64,000 nt of DNA from Octopus bimaculoides (taxonomy: Eukaryota), in NCBI RefSeq assembly GCF_001194135.2, contig NC_068981.1:166044780-166108779 (forward strand), read 5' to 3'. Both the position numbers and the translations under genes were made by a program. The notes beneath the pieces are model-generated. The model had not been told where the DNA came from and did not search any database. It saw only the letters and a list, made by a program, of their open reading frames with translations. Positions 37,951 through 50,753 of the stretch are shown here, in pieces. Positions within the stretch are counted from its first letter, which is position 1, and the number at the start of each line of letters is the position of its first letter.

Positions 37951-39712
37951 CATATGTGTGTGTTTCTGTCTTCTTGTTTTGTCATTGCAATTTAATTGTA
38001 AACAACCAACCCTTACTTGAAAACAAGGTAAGGATTGGCAACAGGAAGAGCATCTTGTCGTAATATCCTACCTCAAATAAATCTCCATCCAAATTCATTC
38101 TAGCATGGAAGAAACAAGCAGTAAATGAATGAAATAGCAATACATATATGGTAGAATATCATAGAGTATAATGATTTGAAAAATTTCAGCAGAGATTATC
38201 TTTTCAATGAGAAGACAAAGCCTTCTATTAAAGGTGTTTAAAATCTAAAACAGCAAGCAAAGGTTACAATTCCAACAATATTAGCTATTGTTTGTTTTGA
38301 ACATATGCAATTCAAAATTTGAAGACAGTGATTGATTTACACACATGCACGCACACACATAATAATATCCATCATCTGCAGTGTGAGTCCTTATGAGGAC
38401 ATAGTCTCCTGCTACATGTTTTCTAGCATCTGGTATGGGTTGTTTGGATATAGATGTGCAACATCAATATTTAGTGAACACATCTGCTCTCTTTCAGCCA
38501 ACAGATTGTTTTCTTTTTTTGTTTCTTGTATGCAGCAGTGACTACTTAAACTTAATCTGTCTCCCAATTCAAACAATTTTTGTTGATTTTGGAGTCCTTC
38601 TTTAGGAAAGGCACATTTTTGTACCTCTCTCTTTATGTTAATTTAAAATCTTGTGTATAGATTTTGCTGCTACTTCTTTTGTTGATAACCATGTTCTTCA
38701 GTCACAAACCAATCTTGGTGGAATGCACCTGTTGTCAAAAGCATACTTTTCTAGGCTCATTCTTCTTCGTAAGATGCTTAAATGCGATAAGGAAATATGG
38801 CTGCTACTTGAGTTCTTTGATGGCACATTTATAATTGTCTCCTGATTTAGCCTCTTGCAAGTTTTCTTTGATTCAGTTATTTGATTCCTGTTATAAAATT
38901 TGACTAGATGAATATTCTAGTTTATATATTGTTGTCAACATGTTTGTTAAAGGGATTTGTTGTTGTTTTTAACGTTCTTGGTATTACAGTTGTTTATTAA
39001 TCATGTCTCAGGTAATCCTGGTTATGGAGTTGTTATTGGTTATTTATCTAGCTAAAGTATCTGTGATATCAAAAATAGTTTGGTTTATTTCTAATAACTA
39101 GTCTTCCTTCATTATTTCAATGTTTATGATTTTTTTCATTCACAAAAAAACTTTAAGCTTTCAACTCCTAGTTTTCATGTTATAACAAAACAATAATAAT
39201 TGTACCTCTACTACTGTTAATGATAATAATTATGTTGATATAGATCAGTGTTGATAATGAATAATAACAGTAAAAGAAACATTTTGTTTAGTGTTGTATT
39301 CTTCAAAGATTTTTTTTTCCTTACTTCTACTCTTTATCAATATCCAATTTATAGCGCCTCATTCTGCTGAGTTATTTTTTTTCTTCCAATTTTTACATCA
39401 CATTATTCCTGGCCATTCAAACTCTTGTTAATATTTGTTCTTCCATTTCTCTATTTTAATAACCAGATTCTTAACAAGCAAAATTTTAATTTCCAAAATC
39501 TTTTTTGTAAAGGATTTATTTATTTTTAATAAATTTCAATATTACTTTTGTGAGGGATCATTAAATCAGTTACTTATAAGCAGTTTTGGGAGAGAAAATA
39601 AATTTGTATTCTCTTCATTATACACATTTTTGAATTAATGCAGTTAAATTGCTTATATTTTTTCCCTTCTCTCCACAAATATATATATAGATAGATAAAA
39701 TAAAATATTGCT

Positions 39713-39939
39713 TTAACCCTTTAGCATTTAAACTAGTCATATCTGGCCCACATATCTACCTGACCTGCATTCAAATTGGCCAGATCCAGCCATTTTCAAC
39801 TACCCCACTATGTCATTTTAAAAATAAACAATTACATCATCAAAATCTCAATGCTACAATATAATGCATGTTCGATTCAAAACAATCTGAATAAATAAGC
39901 ATTACATTTGACTGAGTAATCTGAATGCTGAAGGGTTAA
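39713..39939 (-). mobile_element. piggyBac-type MITE, intact ends
   Basis: TTAA-CCCTTTAGCATT ... AATGCTGAAGGG-TTAA. Confidence 0.82.
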
Positions 39940-40475
39940 AAAATTTTTAATTTCTTAAATTATACAATTACATTTTGAAACAAACTCTACAGTGTAATTT
40001 ACATGTGTTACAATTATAGATGCTATAATTATGTAAATAGTGAACAAAGTTTTCAAGATAAAGCTAAATAAATTGACTTTTTAAAAAATTTTTCTTTTGG
40101 GGTAAGGGGGTAGGTAGAAGGCCGTTTGATACATGTTTAACTCAAAACAGAAAATATTTTTCTTGTTACAATTATTTTATCACATTTTTCTCTACATCAT
40201 TTTACTTTTCCTTTTTTTCTTTTTTCAAATTTCTTTTCCTTTCATTTTGCCGTATATTCGTACATAAATATGCACACATACAAACATTACATCTTTATTC
40301 CATCAACACTTCTGTACTTACCTACCATTCCTTGTAATTTGTAACAAACAGAGTTAAATAAATTAATGTTAACCCGTTGAATGTCTTATTGTTTTCCTAA
40401 CTGCTGCTTCAAATTTTACTCTGCTTAATGCTCTGGAATCAGCTTGTTTGCTACTGCTCATGCTTAAATATCATA

Positions 40476-40478
<3 letters not shown>

Positions 40479-40540
<62 letters not shown>
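40479..40540. repeat. (CT)n microsatellite
   Basis: About 31 uninterrupted TC units. Confidence 0.97.
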
Positions 40541-40547
<7 letters not shown>

Positions 40548-40554
40548 CTTTCCC

Positions 40555-40587
<33 letters not shown>

Positions 40588-40589
40588 AA

Positions 40590-40965
40590 GCAAGCATGGC
40601 ATGGCTGTGTGATAAGAAGTTTGCTTTCCAAAAACATTGTTTTGGGTTCAGTCCCACTGCATGGCACCCTGGGCAAGTGTCTTCTACAATGATGGCTGCA
40701 GTCCAACCAAAGCTTTGTTCATGGATTTCATAGGCAGAAACTAAAAGAAATCTGTTGTATATATGTGTGTATGTGGATGTGTTTATGTCTGTGTCCCCTT
40801 CTCTTGACATTGTGTGATAGTAGTAAATGAGTGTCACTGTCATAGAAGCCATGTCACTCATCTCCATTATTCTGGGGAAACACACCAACTGATGGGAAAA
40901 TATTACCTCCCTTGGAAATAGGAGAGGGCTGGCAACAAGAAGGACATCCAACTGCAGAAAATCTC
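40590..40965 (+). mobile_element. CORE-type SINE subfamily with an RTE-like tail
   Basis: Same head as 12481, but the 3' part is ggaaataggagagggctggcaacaagaaggacatccaactgcagaaaat. Confidence 0.78.
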
Positions 40966-41029
40966 CCTTGGTAAATACTAAAGTGGATATCATCAGGATA
41001 AAACACACACACACACACAAACAAACAAA

Positions 41030-41887
41030 CAGTGCATTCAGAGGTTTTGAGACATTTTTAGGAGAGGCAGTTACAGCTGTCCTAGATAATTGTAATTTTA
41101 GTATATCATTACTATACATATAATAAGCTGGCCTACCAAGTTTTGTTATTCCAAATTTAAAGAGATAGTTGTAACAGCTCTTTAAACACGCCTTACTAGA
41201 CACTAATTATCACCAGTTTGCAGAATGCAATCAGGATGTAAAGACAATTTGGAAACTTGCTATGCAATAAAGTTTTGTGTTAAACTGGGCAAAAGTGCTA
41301 CAGAAACTTATGAAATATTCCAGACTGTATATGGATTAACATGTATGTACCAAGCACTTAGTTTTTGCTGGCACAAGAGGCCTGACAAAGCAAGTCCACC
41401 AGGAAACTCATGATGATTCCTTCTTTTTTTTTTCCAACTGCAAGGGCACTGGATCCCCTCTGGCCAAGACAGTTAACAAAGAATACTTTGTGGAGGTTTT
41501 GAGGGAGTTCAGGAAGAGATTTCAAAAGGCCAGAGCACCTGCACCAGGTCAATGCACCAATCCACAATTCCATTCTGGTGACCAACTACTTAACCGAAAA
41601 AGTTGTCAGAACTCTCTCCCTCATGCTCCCTACAGTCCAGATCTTTCTCCCTGTGACTTCTGATTGTTCTCTTGGCTGAAGAAGAAGATGAAAGAGGCTG
41701 TAACAAGAGTCCAGGACACCTTCACTTTGGAGGACTTCCATGAGGCCTTCTTGAAGTGGCTGGAGCACTGCAACAAGTGCATTGAAATCAGAGGATCTAA
41801 CTTTGAAGGATATTAGAGTTTTGTGCTTCTCTGAAATTAATAAATGTCTCTCCTGAAAAAGATTTAAAACTTTCATAATGCACCTTG
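41030..41887 (+). mobile_element. Internally deleted mariner transposon
   Basis: YAIKFCVKLGKSATETYEIF...; LPHAPYSPDLSPCDF; KWLEHCNKCIEIRGSNFEG; degenerate TIRs ending caccttg-TA. Confidence 0.88.
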
Positions 41888-42549
41888 TATATATACATAA
41901 ACACATTTGAATTTTTATCATCCTTAAAGATGTGATATAAAGGAGATTTAGTTGTTGTTTCTGGCATATCAGCAACCATAAAGAGGCTCCTTTGTTGGCA
42001 GTTGTAATTTACAAAAGGTTGTGGTTTTTAGCCCCTTTTGATATGAACCTACTTGAGACTGCTGCTGTTTCTTTGATACAAACATCTTGTTTTAAAGAGA
42101 TCATCTAAATTTCATTTTATGTTCCAAAAACCAGCTTAATAGTGACCAAGTTATTTTCAAAATTAATTGGAACCAAGGTAATGTATTTCAACAGAAATAT
42201 GGTAACAAAAGGGTTAACCTGGTGGACATGTCATACTCAGACTGCATGAGAAATAACTTGGATTCAAAAGTTTTTTTTACTAAGATCTGACTCAAGAAAA
42301 CCACTAGAATATTAGGAAACCAGTAACGGTTTACATTAACAAATAGTAAGTACTTCTAGCTGTAGATGTGGCTGTGGCTGTGTGGTTAGGAAGCTTGCAT
42401 CCCAACCATATGCTCTTGGATTCAGTCCCACTGTGTGGCACCTTAGGCAGCTATTTTCTACTATATCCCTGGGCTAACCAAAGCCTGTGAATGGATTTGG
42501 TACACAGAAGCTAAAAAGGGCCCATCATTTTTATAGATACAAACATGCA

Positions 42550-43055
42550 CACACACATTATTTCTTGCTGCTCTTTGTACATCCTCTGCACTCAGGGCCC
42601 ACATCTCACTATCATGCAGCATCATAGTTTTAAAAGTCCATGTCTCACTACCATGTAGCCTCTTTGTTTTGACACAGGTGTCATGCAGTCTGCAATTCAC
42701 TTTGAGGCAGAAGCCCTTTGTTGTCTGTAGTAATGGTATCTCCTTACACTTATTTTTTTCAACCCATTCTTGCCATGGCTACTGTACTTTCTGAGTAACT
42801 ACCTCTCCTGCTCACTATGCTACCACCTAGGTAACAGAAGCTATCAACTATCAAACCAGCAGGGCATTTAAGAGAGTCTATTTTTGGTGGACAACATAAG
42901 GAGCTTATGCCTATAGCTTTTCTGCCTGTCGAGTAAAGTTATTTCCCTTATGATACTGGAGCCTTGTCTTCTTTCCTGCATAGTAATACTTTAATCTTTG
43001 CTAAATTTACCTTGAGGCCTCTTGACATTAATTTTAGCTTCCATGCCTGGGAAAT
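42550..43055 (-). mobile_element. Old RTE LINE fragments
   Basis: [22 protein letters not shown] and RLHDTCV...LHGSETW...WALSAEDVQR. Confidence 0.78.
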
Positions 43056-43095
43056 TTCACTATACACATATATAGATATATATATACATATATAC

Positions 43096-43159
<64 letters not shown>

Positions 43160-43247
43160 CCCATGCTAGCATAGAAAGTGGACGTTAAACGATGATGATG
43201 ATGATATAGATATATATATACATATATAGATATAGATATGTATATAT

Positions 43248-44008
43248 ATCATCATCATCATCATCATCGTTTAACGTCCGCTTTCCATGCTAGCATGGGT
43301 TGGACGATTTGACTGAGGACTGGTGAAACCGGATGGCAACACCAGGCTCCAATCTAATTTGGCAGAGTTTCTACAGCTGGATGCCCTTCCTAACGCCAAC
43401 CACTCAGAGAGTGTAGTGGGTGCTTTTTCGTGTCACCCGCACGAAAACGGCCACACTCGAAATGGTGTCTTTTATGTGCNNNNNNNNNNNNNNNNNNNNN
43501 NNNNNNNNNNNNNNNNNNNNNNNNNNNNNNNNNNNNNNNNNNNNNNNNNNNNNNNNNNNNNNNNNNNNNNNNNNNNNNNNNNNNNNNNNNNNNNNNNNNN
43601 NNNNNNNNNNNNNNNNNNNNNNNNNNNNNNNNNNNNNNNNNNNNNNNNNNNNNNNNNNNNNNNNNNNNNNNNNNNNNNNNNNNNNNNNNNNNNNNNNNNN
43701 NNNNNNNNNNNNNNNNNNNNNNNNNNGGTCAGTAGTCATCGCCTCGGTGAGGCCCAATGTACGAAGGTCTTGCCTCACCACCTCAGCCCAGGTCTTCCTG
43801 GGCCTACCTCTTCCACGGGTTCCCTCAACTGTTAGGGTGTGGCACTTTTTCACGCAGCTATCCTCATCCATTCTCACCACATGTCCATACCAGCGCAATC
43901 GTCTCTCTTGCACACCACAACTGATGCTTCTAATGTTCAGCTTTTCTCTCAAGATACTTACACTCTTACGGGTATTCACATTGACATTACACATCCAACG
44001 GAGCATAC
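43248..44008 (-). mobile_element. Young 5'-truncated RTE LINE
   Basis: Undisrupted SMLRWMCNV...ERRLRWYGHVVRMDEDSCVKKC...GRGRPRKTW, then 3' UTR and (GAT)n tail; contains gap 43480-43726. Confidence 0.93.
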
Positions 44009-44054
44009 TAGAACCCATGCTAGCATTGAAAGTGGACGTTAAACGATGATGATG

Positions 44055-44087
<33 letters not shown>

Positions 44088-46899
44088 TGTGTGTGTGTGC
44101 AGGCATGGCTTTGGGGTAAAACATTTACTTCCCAACCACATGATTTGTGGTTCCACTGAGTTTCATATTGGACAAGTGTCTTCAGCTGTAGCCATGGGCT
44201 TACCAAAGCCTTATGAGTGGATTATGTATGCAGAAACTGAAAGAATCCGTTTGTGTGTGTGTGTGTGTATTATTCTCTAACAAGAATACTATTGACAGTG
44301 ACTTTGAAGATCTGACCAGCTAAATCATCATATAAAATCAAACATCAGTGTTTGTTTGTGTCTTCTTTCTTAATATTACATAATAGTTGTAAATGAGTGT
44401 CACTATCATACAAGCAGTGTAATTCATTTCCAATATTCTCTGAAAGCCTGTCTGATAATGGGGAAATATTACTTTGCTTGGAAACAGGTGACAATGGGCA
44501 ACAAAAAGGGCATATGTCCATAGAAAATCTGTCTCTAATTAACTCCATCTGACCCAAACATGGAAACTGGACATTAAATGATGTGTAGGTGCATGCATTT
44601 GTGTGTACCCTTGTCTTGATGTGATGATCATAAACGAAGCAGTGTTGTTCATTTCCAGTCTTCCATGAAAAGCATGTCTGGCCATGGGAGAATATTATCT
44701 TGGTTGGCAACAGGATGAGCATCCACCTGCGGAAGATCTGCCTCAACAAACATCATCATTTGACCCGTGCAAGCATGGAAAAGTGAATGTTGTTATGATG
44801 ACAACAACAATATATGATCAAAAGGTTTGGTGGTGGGTGCTACAGAGAGACCAATAATTAGTGTGTGATAACTTTCTTTTGAATATGGGATCTTTTACAA
44901 TTATCAATAGTATGTCCCTATTTTGATGCATGCAGTATCATTTTTACCTTTGTACTTTACTTTTTTAATTTTTTTTTTTCACACTTGTTGAGTCTGGAAA
45001 GAGGGACAGTGCCTACTTATAAGAAAGACATGCAGGGTTGGGGTAGATTCCAGAGGGATGTTAATTTAGGGAGAAAGGATTGGGTATAGAGGTTAATGTA
45101 GGCTTAGAGGGCAGGTTGGATGCAACAATGGTAATGAGAGACAGGGAGATAAGAAAGGAGCAGTGACACCATAGTGATAGAGGCATTTTTTGTTTACTTG
45201 CAGCTAGAAGTTCTACTAAAACCTACTTAGCTTTTCAATTCAATTAAATAGTTTTTAAGAAGATTCTAAGATGAGTCTTAAAACATTTGACTGTATCTGG
45301 TAGATTACATTTTGTAGTCAGCATCAACTCTTCAATAAGTTCTTTTCTTCATTTGAAACTTTAAAAAAAATAATAATTGAACTGCTAGCTGGCATCCAAC
45401 AGCAGCAAGAAAGTCAGAAGTCATCACAAAGTACAGGAGCCTATTACTCTTTCCAAGGTACTAACTACATAATGACTGATCCTTTGGACAGCAATATATC
45501 AGTAGTGTTGCTGAAAGAAGCATTTGAACTCAGCATTAAAAGCATACAAAAGTCAGTCAGTTATATAATGTCCCAACTGCTTATGCTTTCACCCTTGCAC
45601 CTATTTACTGTGTGGTAGATTGGATCATTATTAACCTTTGAGCCAGCACTTGATCAACTCAACCAGCTAAAACTTGTTATCCTCATCATCTGTAAATCTG
45701 AGCAGATGAAGAAAATTTAATCTTTCCTGTAGGTTAAGATTAATTCTTCTTCAAACATCTTATGTATAAATTTCTTGGAAAATTTCTCAGACTTTAAAAC
45801 CTTTCCAGTAATATTGAATTCTAACTACATTCACACAAGGCTGCTTACTTCAACTACCCCAATAGGAGGAAAATTAGAAGTCAACTCGAGTGGAATTTGA
45901 ACCTGTTTGGCCACTTTAATATTGATTTCTGACTTCAGGCCACACAATTTTAGAAGACTGGGGTGGTACAGCAGCTTAAGTTGACCCAAGAATTTTTGAC
46001 TGGTTCTTATTCTACCAATACCAGAAGAATAAAAACAAAGCCAACTTAAGGTTATATGCTACCATGTTTCTAGAAAACATGGTAGCATGCTTCTAGAAAG
46101 TTCTTTTTTATTTTAGTAATGGATATATTAGTTGATAACAAGTCTTCATCTGAAGGTCAGTTTGTATATATTAAAAATGGAATAAGTTAGTCAGCTATCA
46201 GTAACTTATATATTTACATGTATTGGTGAATTATGTTTATTGCTAATCACCTCGCACAACTGCTTTGATGGTATTGTAACCACACATCCTTCACCTGCAA
46301 GCATGCTAACCATTACAAAACAATCAATACTGCTCAATCCACCTTTAAGTTCTTGTTATTTAAAACATCATTATCATCATCAGCTTTTCTATGCTGGCAT
46401 GTGTTGGACAGGATCTTATTTGAAGTTACTTCCCCCTTAGAGGGATCAGAACAACGTCTTACTTCTACATTATATGTTGGGGATATGGCTTCTACAACTG
46501 GATGCCCTCCTATTGCTAACTACTTTACAGAGTGCACTGGGTGCATTTTATCATAGCACAGCACTAGGAAGATTATCTTGTCTCTAGGAAGTCCAGTCCT
46601 AACTATCCTACATGGTCTCTGTCCTTTCACTAACAATTTTACAGAGTGTACTAGGGGCATTCTATTGTGGCACCAACACTAGGGATGTCTGAAGAGACTT
46701 CTCTGCCCTACATTGTTTCTACTCATTTGTTCTCTGGCACCAGAGAGATGGGTATCTCACTCATAGCAAGTCTTAACAGTAGTTTTATTATAGTTAATTA
46801 TCTGAAAGTTGATCTACTGTCTAAGTTCATGGTGAATCATGACAAGGTAAAAGAAAGTATTGTAATCAAATGACTATCAGGTAACCAAATGACAATACA

Positions 46900-46932
<33 letters not shown>

Positions 46933-48543
46933 CACACACACATTTTAGTTCAGGTAGATGTTAGCAGTCCTCATAAACTTTGCAGGTCTATCCACTACAT
47001 TCATGAGGTTGATGTTTAGCCTGAATTTCTACAGGTTGTTCTTGCTATTTAACTGCATGTCAACTCTGATTAAGCAGACATGTGATCAAGCATTCTAGCC
47101 ATGGCCATTTCATCTGGGGGTTTTCTCCACTCACATCTCATACATTACCCAATATAGTTTGAGTAAGATTTGGCTGCTGTTTTGCATAGGTTGAAGGACT
47201 TCAATTGAGAATAAGGTCTTAGAAAAAATGTTTCAAATGTAGAGTTTTGTGAAATAAGACTCACCAGGGTTGTAGAGAGAAGATTGGAGAGTCAGGTGGT
47301 CATGGGTGATAACCAGCAATGTAGAATTCAAAAGCACAAGCGACAGTCTTCATGGTCTAAATAAAGCATGGGCAACTATTTTCAAGAAACAGGTCACATG
47401 AGACATACTTCATCATAAAGTGGGCGGCACTACAAAAAAAAAAAAAAAAAAAAAAATTCAAGGTAATTTTTCATTAGTCATGCCATTCAGAAAATCCCAC
47501 ATGCCATTGTTTGCTTATGGCTGGTATAAATAAAGATTAAATGGAATAGATAAATACATAAATAAACTGAATGAAATGGAAGTAATATTGCATATGAAGA
47601 GGGGTAGACAGTAATATACAGTAGTTAAGAGAGCAGGTTGCTTTGAAACAAGTGTTTCATTGTTTTTTTATATTATTTTTATTACCTAGATTAGCTTCAA
47701 AATACTTATACTGATCTATAATGGTGATTTGGAAGTGAGTAGTAATACTACCTGTGGTAGTTGTTGAGATGGGGAAAATGTTTTAGTGAAGCTTCTCCTT
47801 TACCACTGACATGTGCATATTTCACCATTAGTTATTTGGGTTCATCTCTCTTCTGCAAACTGCTTGATGCTCTAAAGTATGTATATTCACCTCTCAACAC
47901 ACTTCATTCACTCCTGGAACTCGTATACATTTACTGCACTGTACCACATTGTGTACATCAAACTTCACCTAATATACTACATTACACTCTACTTAATATA
48001 CCTTACTCAGTTGAACACAACACTTTATAGGCAATGCTGTTGCCCTACACTCAGTAGACAACCCTTAACTTAACTCAAGAAGTCATGTGGTTGCTCAAGA
48101 AACAGCAGCCAAGTCTCCTTTAAATCACACCCCTAACAACAACTTAGAATAGGACACATTAAATAATGTGGTCCTGGATTCTCAATGTTGGGAAAAAGAT
48201 GGGATGGTCACAGCTATGATTGCCTTTGATCATAGGTTCTGCTCAGTTAGGGATGGTCTGGGGATAAACAATAAGAACAACAACAACACTTAGTACATTA
48301 CACAATGCTCAGTTATACACGCTATGCTCAATACATCAAGCTACAATCAGCTGACAATAGCAAACTACACATATAAGCTTCACTTGTCATTCTACATTCA
48401 TCATATTTTACTTCATAGTCAACACCATACTGCTCTTTAGTTCAAAGCACCATGCTTTGCACTTGTATGTACTCACTAACTACAAATTACTGCAATCATA
48501 ATATTACAACCAACCCACCTTAGGTACTTAATTCTGAGGAAGG

Positions 48544-48594
<51 letters not shown>

Positions 48595-49523
48595 GTGTAG
48601 CAATGTTTGAGCCTATGACAATTTAGCAGTATTTTAACATAATAAAAAACCCTCAAATCATTGTCTTTCTTGCCCATTCTACCTCATAATTATATTACAC
48701 AAACAGCAACGCTCAGTTATGTTACAACAAACAATAAGAACTGGATTCAAGAGCAAAATGTATTGAAACAACACAGCAACTGCAACTGATACATGCCTTG
48801 AAGTATAGTGTACACTTGTGTCATAAGTTTCCACATACATGGCTGGTTTGTTGATTGAATAACTGTAAGAAACCACCTAGCAAGCTGATTTAATAAACAA
48901 ATTTACATTCCTGTTTGATACATGCAGCCATCATAATGTTTGTCATTTTAAGTGAAACTTGCACAAATAAAGTTATGCTTGCTAATTAAAGTACTTTTAG
49001 ATTAGGTCAGCTTTCATAGGATTAGCACAGAAAAATATCAGTTGTAATAGGAAATATCTAAACAGTGATCGGGACTATTCTTAAATCAAAGTAATGAGCT
49101 ATAGTTGAATAGGTGAAGCCATTATAATAATTCCTGACAAATTACTCAATACTACAGATATTCCTTGAGAAAAGGTTACATCAATTGAATGGATTCCACA
49201 TTTATAACTCTATCCCACTTTACCTACAAATCTGAGCATTGTATCAATGTAATAGATCATTTTTATTATAGTCACTGTCATTATCCACTTTAAAGAATGA
49301 GTTACCCATCTTGGAGTAATCTTTGAGCCAGCTTTATCCAATGCCAATGCATGTTATGTGTTTTATAGCTAGCCTTAGTTGATCTGATTTCCAATATAGA
49401 AAATGGCTGCTCTCTACTCACCAGAGATTAATGACAACTCCAAACAACTTGATTGACCATAATAACTCTATTGAGTTAGTGTAGCTGTTGTTGTTATCTG
49501 TTTGTCTTTTTATTTCACTGCAG

Positions 49524-49670
49524 AATCAAATTTGTACCAACCAAATCAAAAGGATGGATGGAGAGAACAAACTGTTGAAAGAGAAGATTCAAGAAGAGGA
49601 AGATAAAGAAAAGATGTTACAATCGAATATCAAAGATCTGAAGAGAGAAGGTGATAATCTTGCATCAGAA
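49524..49670 (+). CDS. EVI5: EVI5-like exon E6 (NQICTNQIKRMDGENKLL...NLASE)
   Basis: tttcactgcag acceptor, GTGAGT donor, 147 nt; continues ETQ|NQ as in EVI5; follows a 21.3 kb intron. Confidence 0.92.
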
Positions 49671-50133
49671 GTGAGTAGAATCTTCTTTTTTTTCCTCTTT
49701 AACTTGTGATTTGATAATTTAGATCAGAGGTTATCAACCTATAAAATAGCCATTCAATGTTTAAAAAAAATCCCATTATATTTTTATGATTAGATATTAG
49801 GAATTATATAAAAACTGTTAAAATATTTTGTGTACTGTGGAAAGATAAACAATTTATTGCATATAAATTTTAAGAACCACTAATTTAGATGTTTACAGAT
49901 AACTTTTTTTTGTTGTTGCTGTCATTGCTTGAAAAAGCAGACTTATGACTAAAGGAATTGTAGCTTTATTTTATTTTTTTATTTTTTTATTTTTGAGGTT
50001 GTATATCCATGACTACATTAACCAAGGTGTTCATTTTTTCAAGATGATAGGGTGTGGTATGAGAGAGATATGATAGCTATTTCTACTATTTCTAGCTGGA
50101 ATTATATTTTAATGTTTCACTGTTGTTTTATAG

Positions 50134-50229
50134 CGAAAAGAAGATCTCATGATGTTTAGAATTAAAGAAGCTGAGGCTGCACAGTTGGTGGGAGAACTGA
50201 AGCAAAAAGTTGCTCATTTAGAAGTACAG
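50134..50229 (+). CDS. EVI5: EVI5-like exon E7 (RKEDLMMFRIKEAEAAQLVGELKQKVAHLEVQ)
   Basis: gttgttttatag acceptor, CAG|GTAAGT donor, 96 nt; matches EVI5 KEEVMAVRLREAD...AELEIQ. Confidence 0.92.
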
Positions 50230-50594
50230 GTAAGTGTTGTGTACATTTGTAGTTGAATTCACTGCTATATTTCATTTAACGCAGTGTAACATATTGAATC
50301 AAAGGAGTACTACTGAAGAAAATATTTTTAGATGCACCACCAGCTATGTGGCCACTTGGGTTGTTGGAAATAGTAGCCAATGCACCTTCAAACCATCTTA
50401 AAAAGTGGTGAACACATTGGATAATGAAGAAAAAGATGAGATGATCCTGGCTGGAATGCCTTCGATCATACATTTTCTACATAAGGACTAACCTGGAGTT
50501 AGACAACAGGAATAGCTATTACAACAAGCAAACAAGAAAACGTTATATGATTGCTCAACTCCAGCCAAATCTTCTTTAAATGATACTCTACTAT

Positions 50595-50753
50595 GTTGTT
50601 GTTGGCACTCCATCGCTTACGACGTCGAGGGTGAGAGAAAGGTGTGGTGAAAGAGTACAGCAGGGTTCGCCACCATCCCCTGCCGGAGCCTCGTGGAGCT
50701 TTAGGTGTTTTCGTTCAATAAACAATCACAACACCCGGTCTGGGAATCGAAAC
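50595..50753 (-). mobile_element. Internally deleted copy of the 19492 SINE
   Basis: The 3' tail (50595-50632) is joined directly to the 5' body. Confidence 0.88.

Noticed and set aside
40556-41203. 215 aa minus-strand ORF
   Set aside because: Antisense read-through of a SINE, microsatellites and a mariner end; no protein-like signature.
43323-44156. 170-250 aa ORFs
   Set aside because: Lengths are inflated by the 247-N gap; only the RTE C-terminal part is real.
28268-49523. Nested gene or extra EVI5 exon in the 21 kb intron
   Set aside because: E5 and E6 join directly (ETQ|NQ) as in EVI5, and the protein-like segments I could read were transposon remnants; small exons hidden in gaps cannot be excluded.
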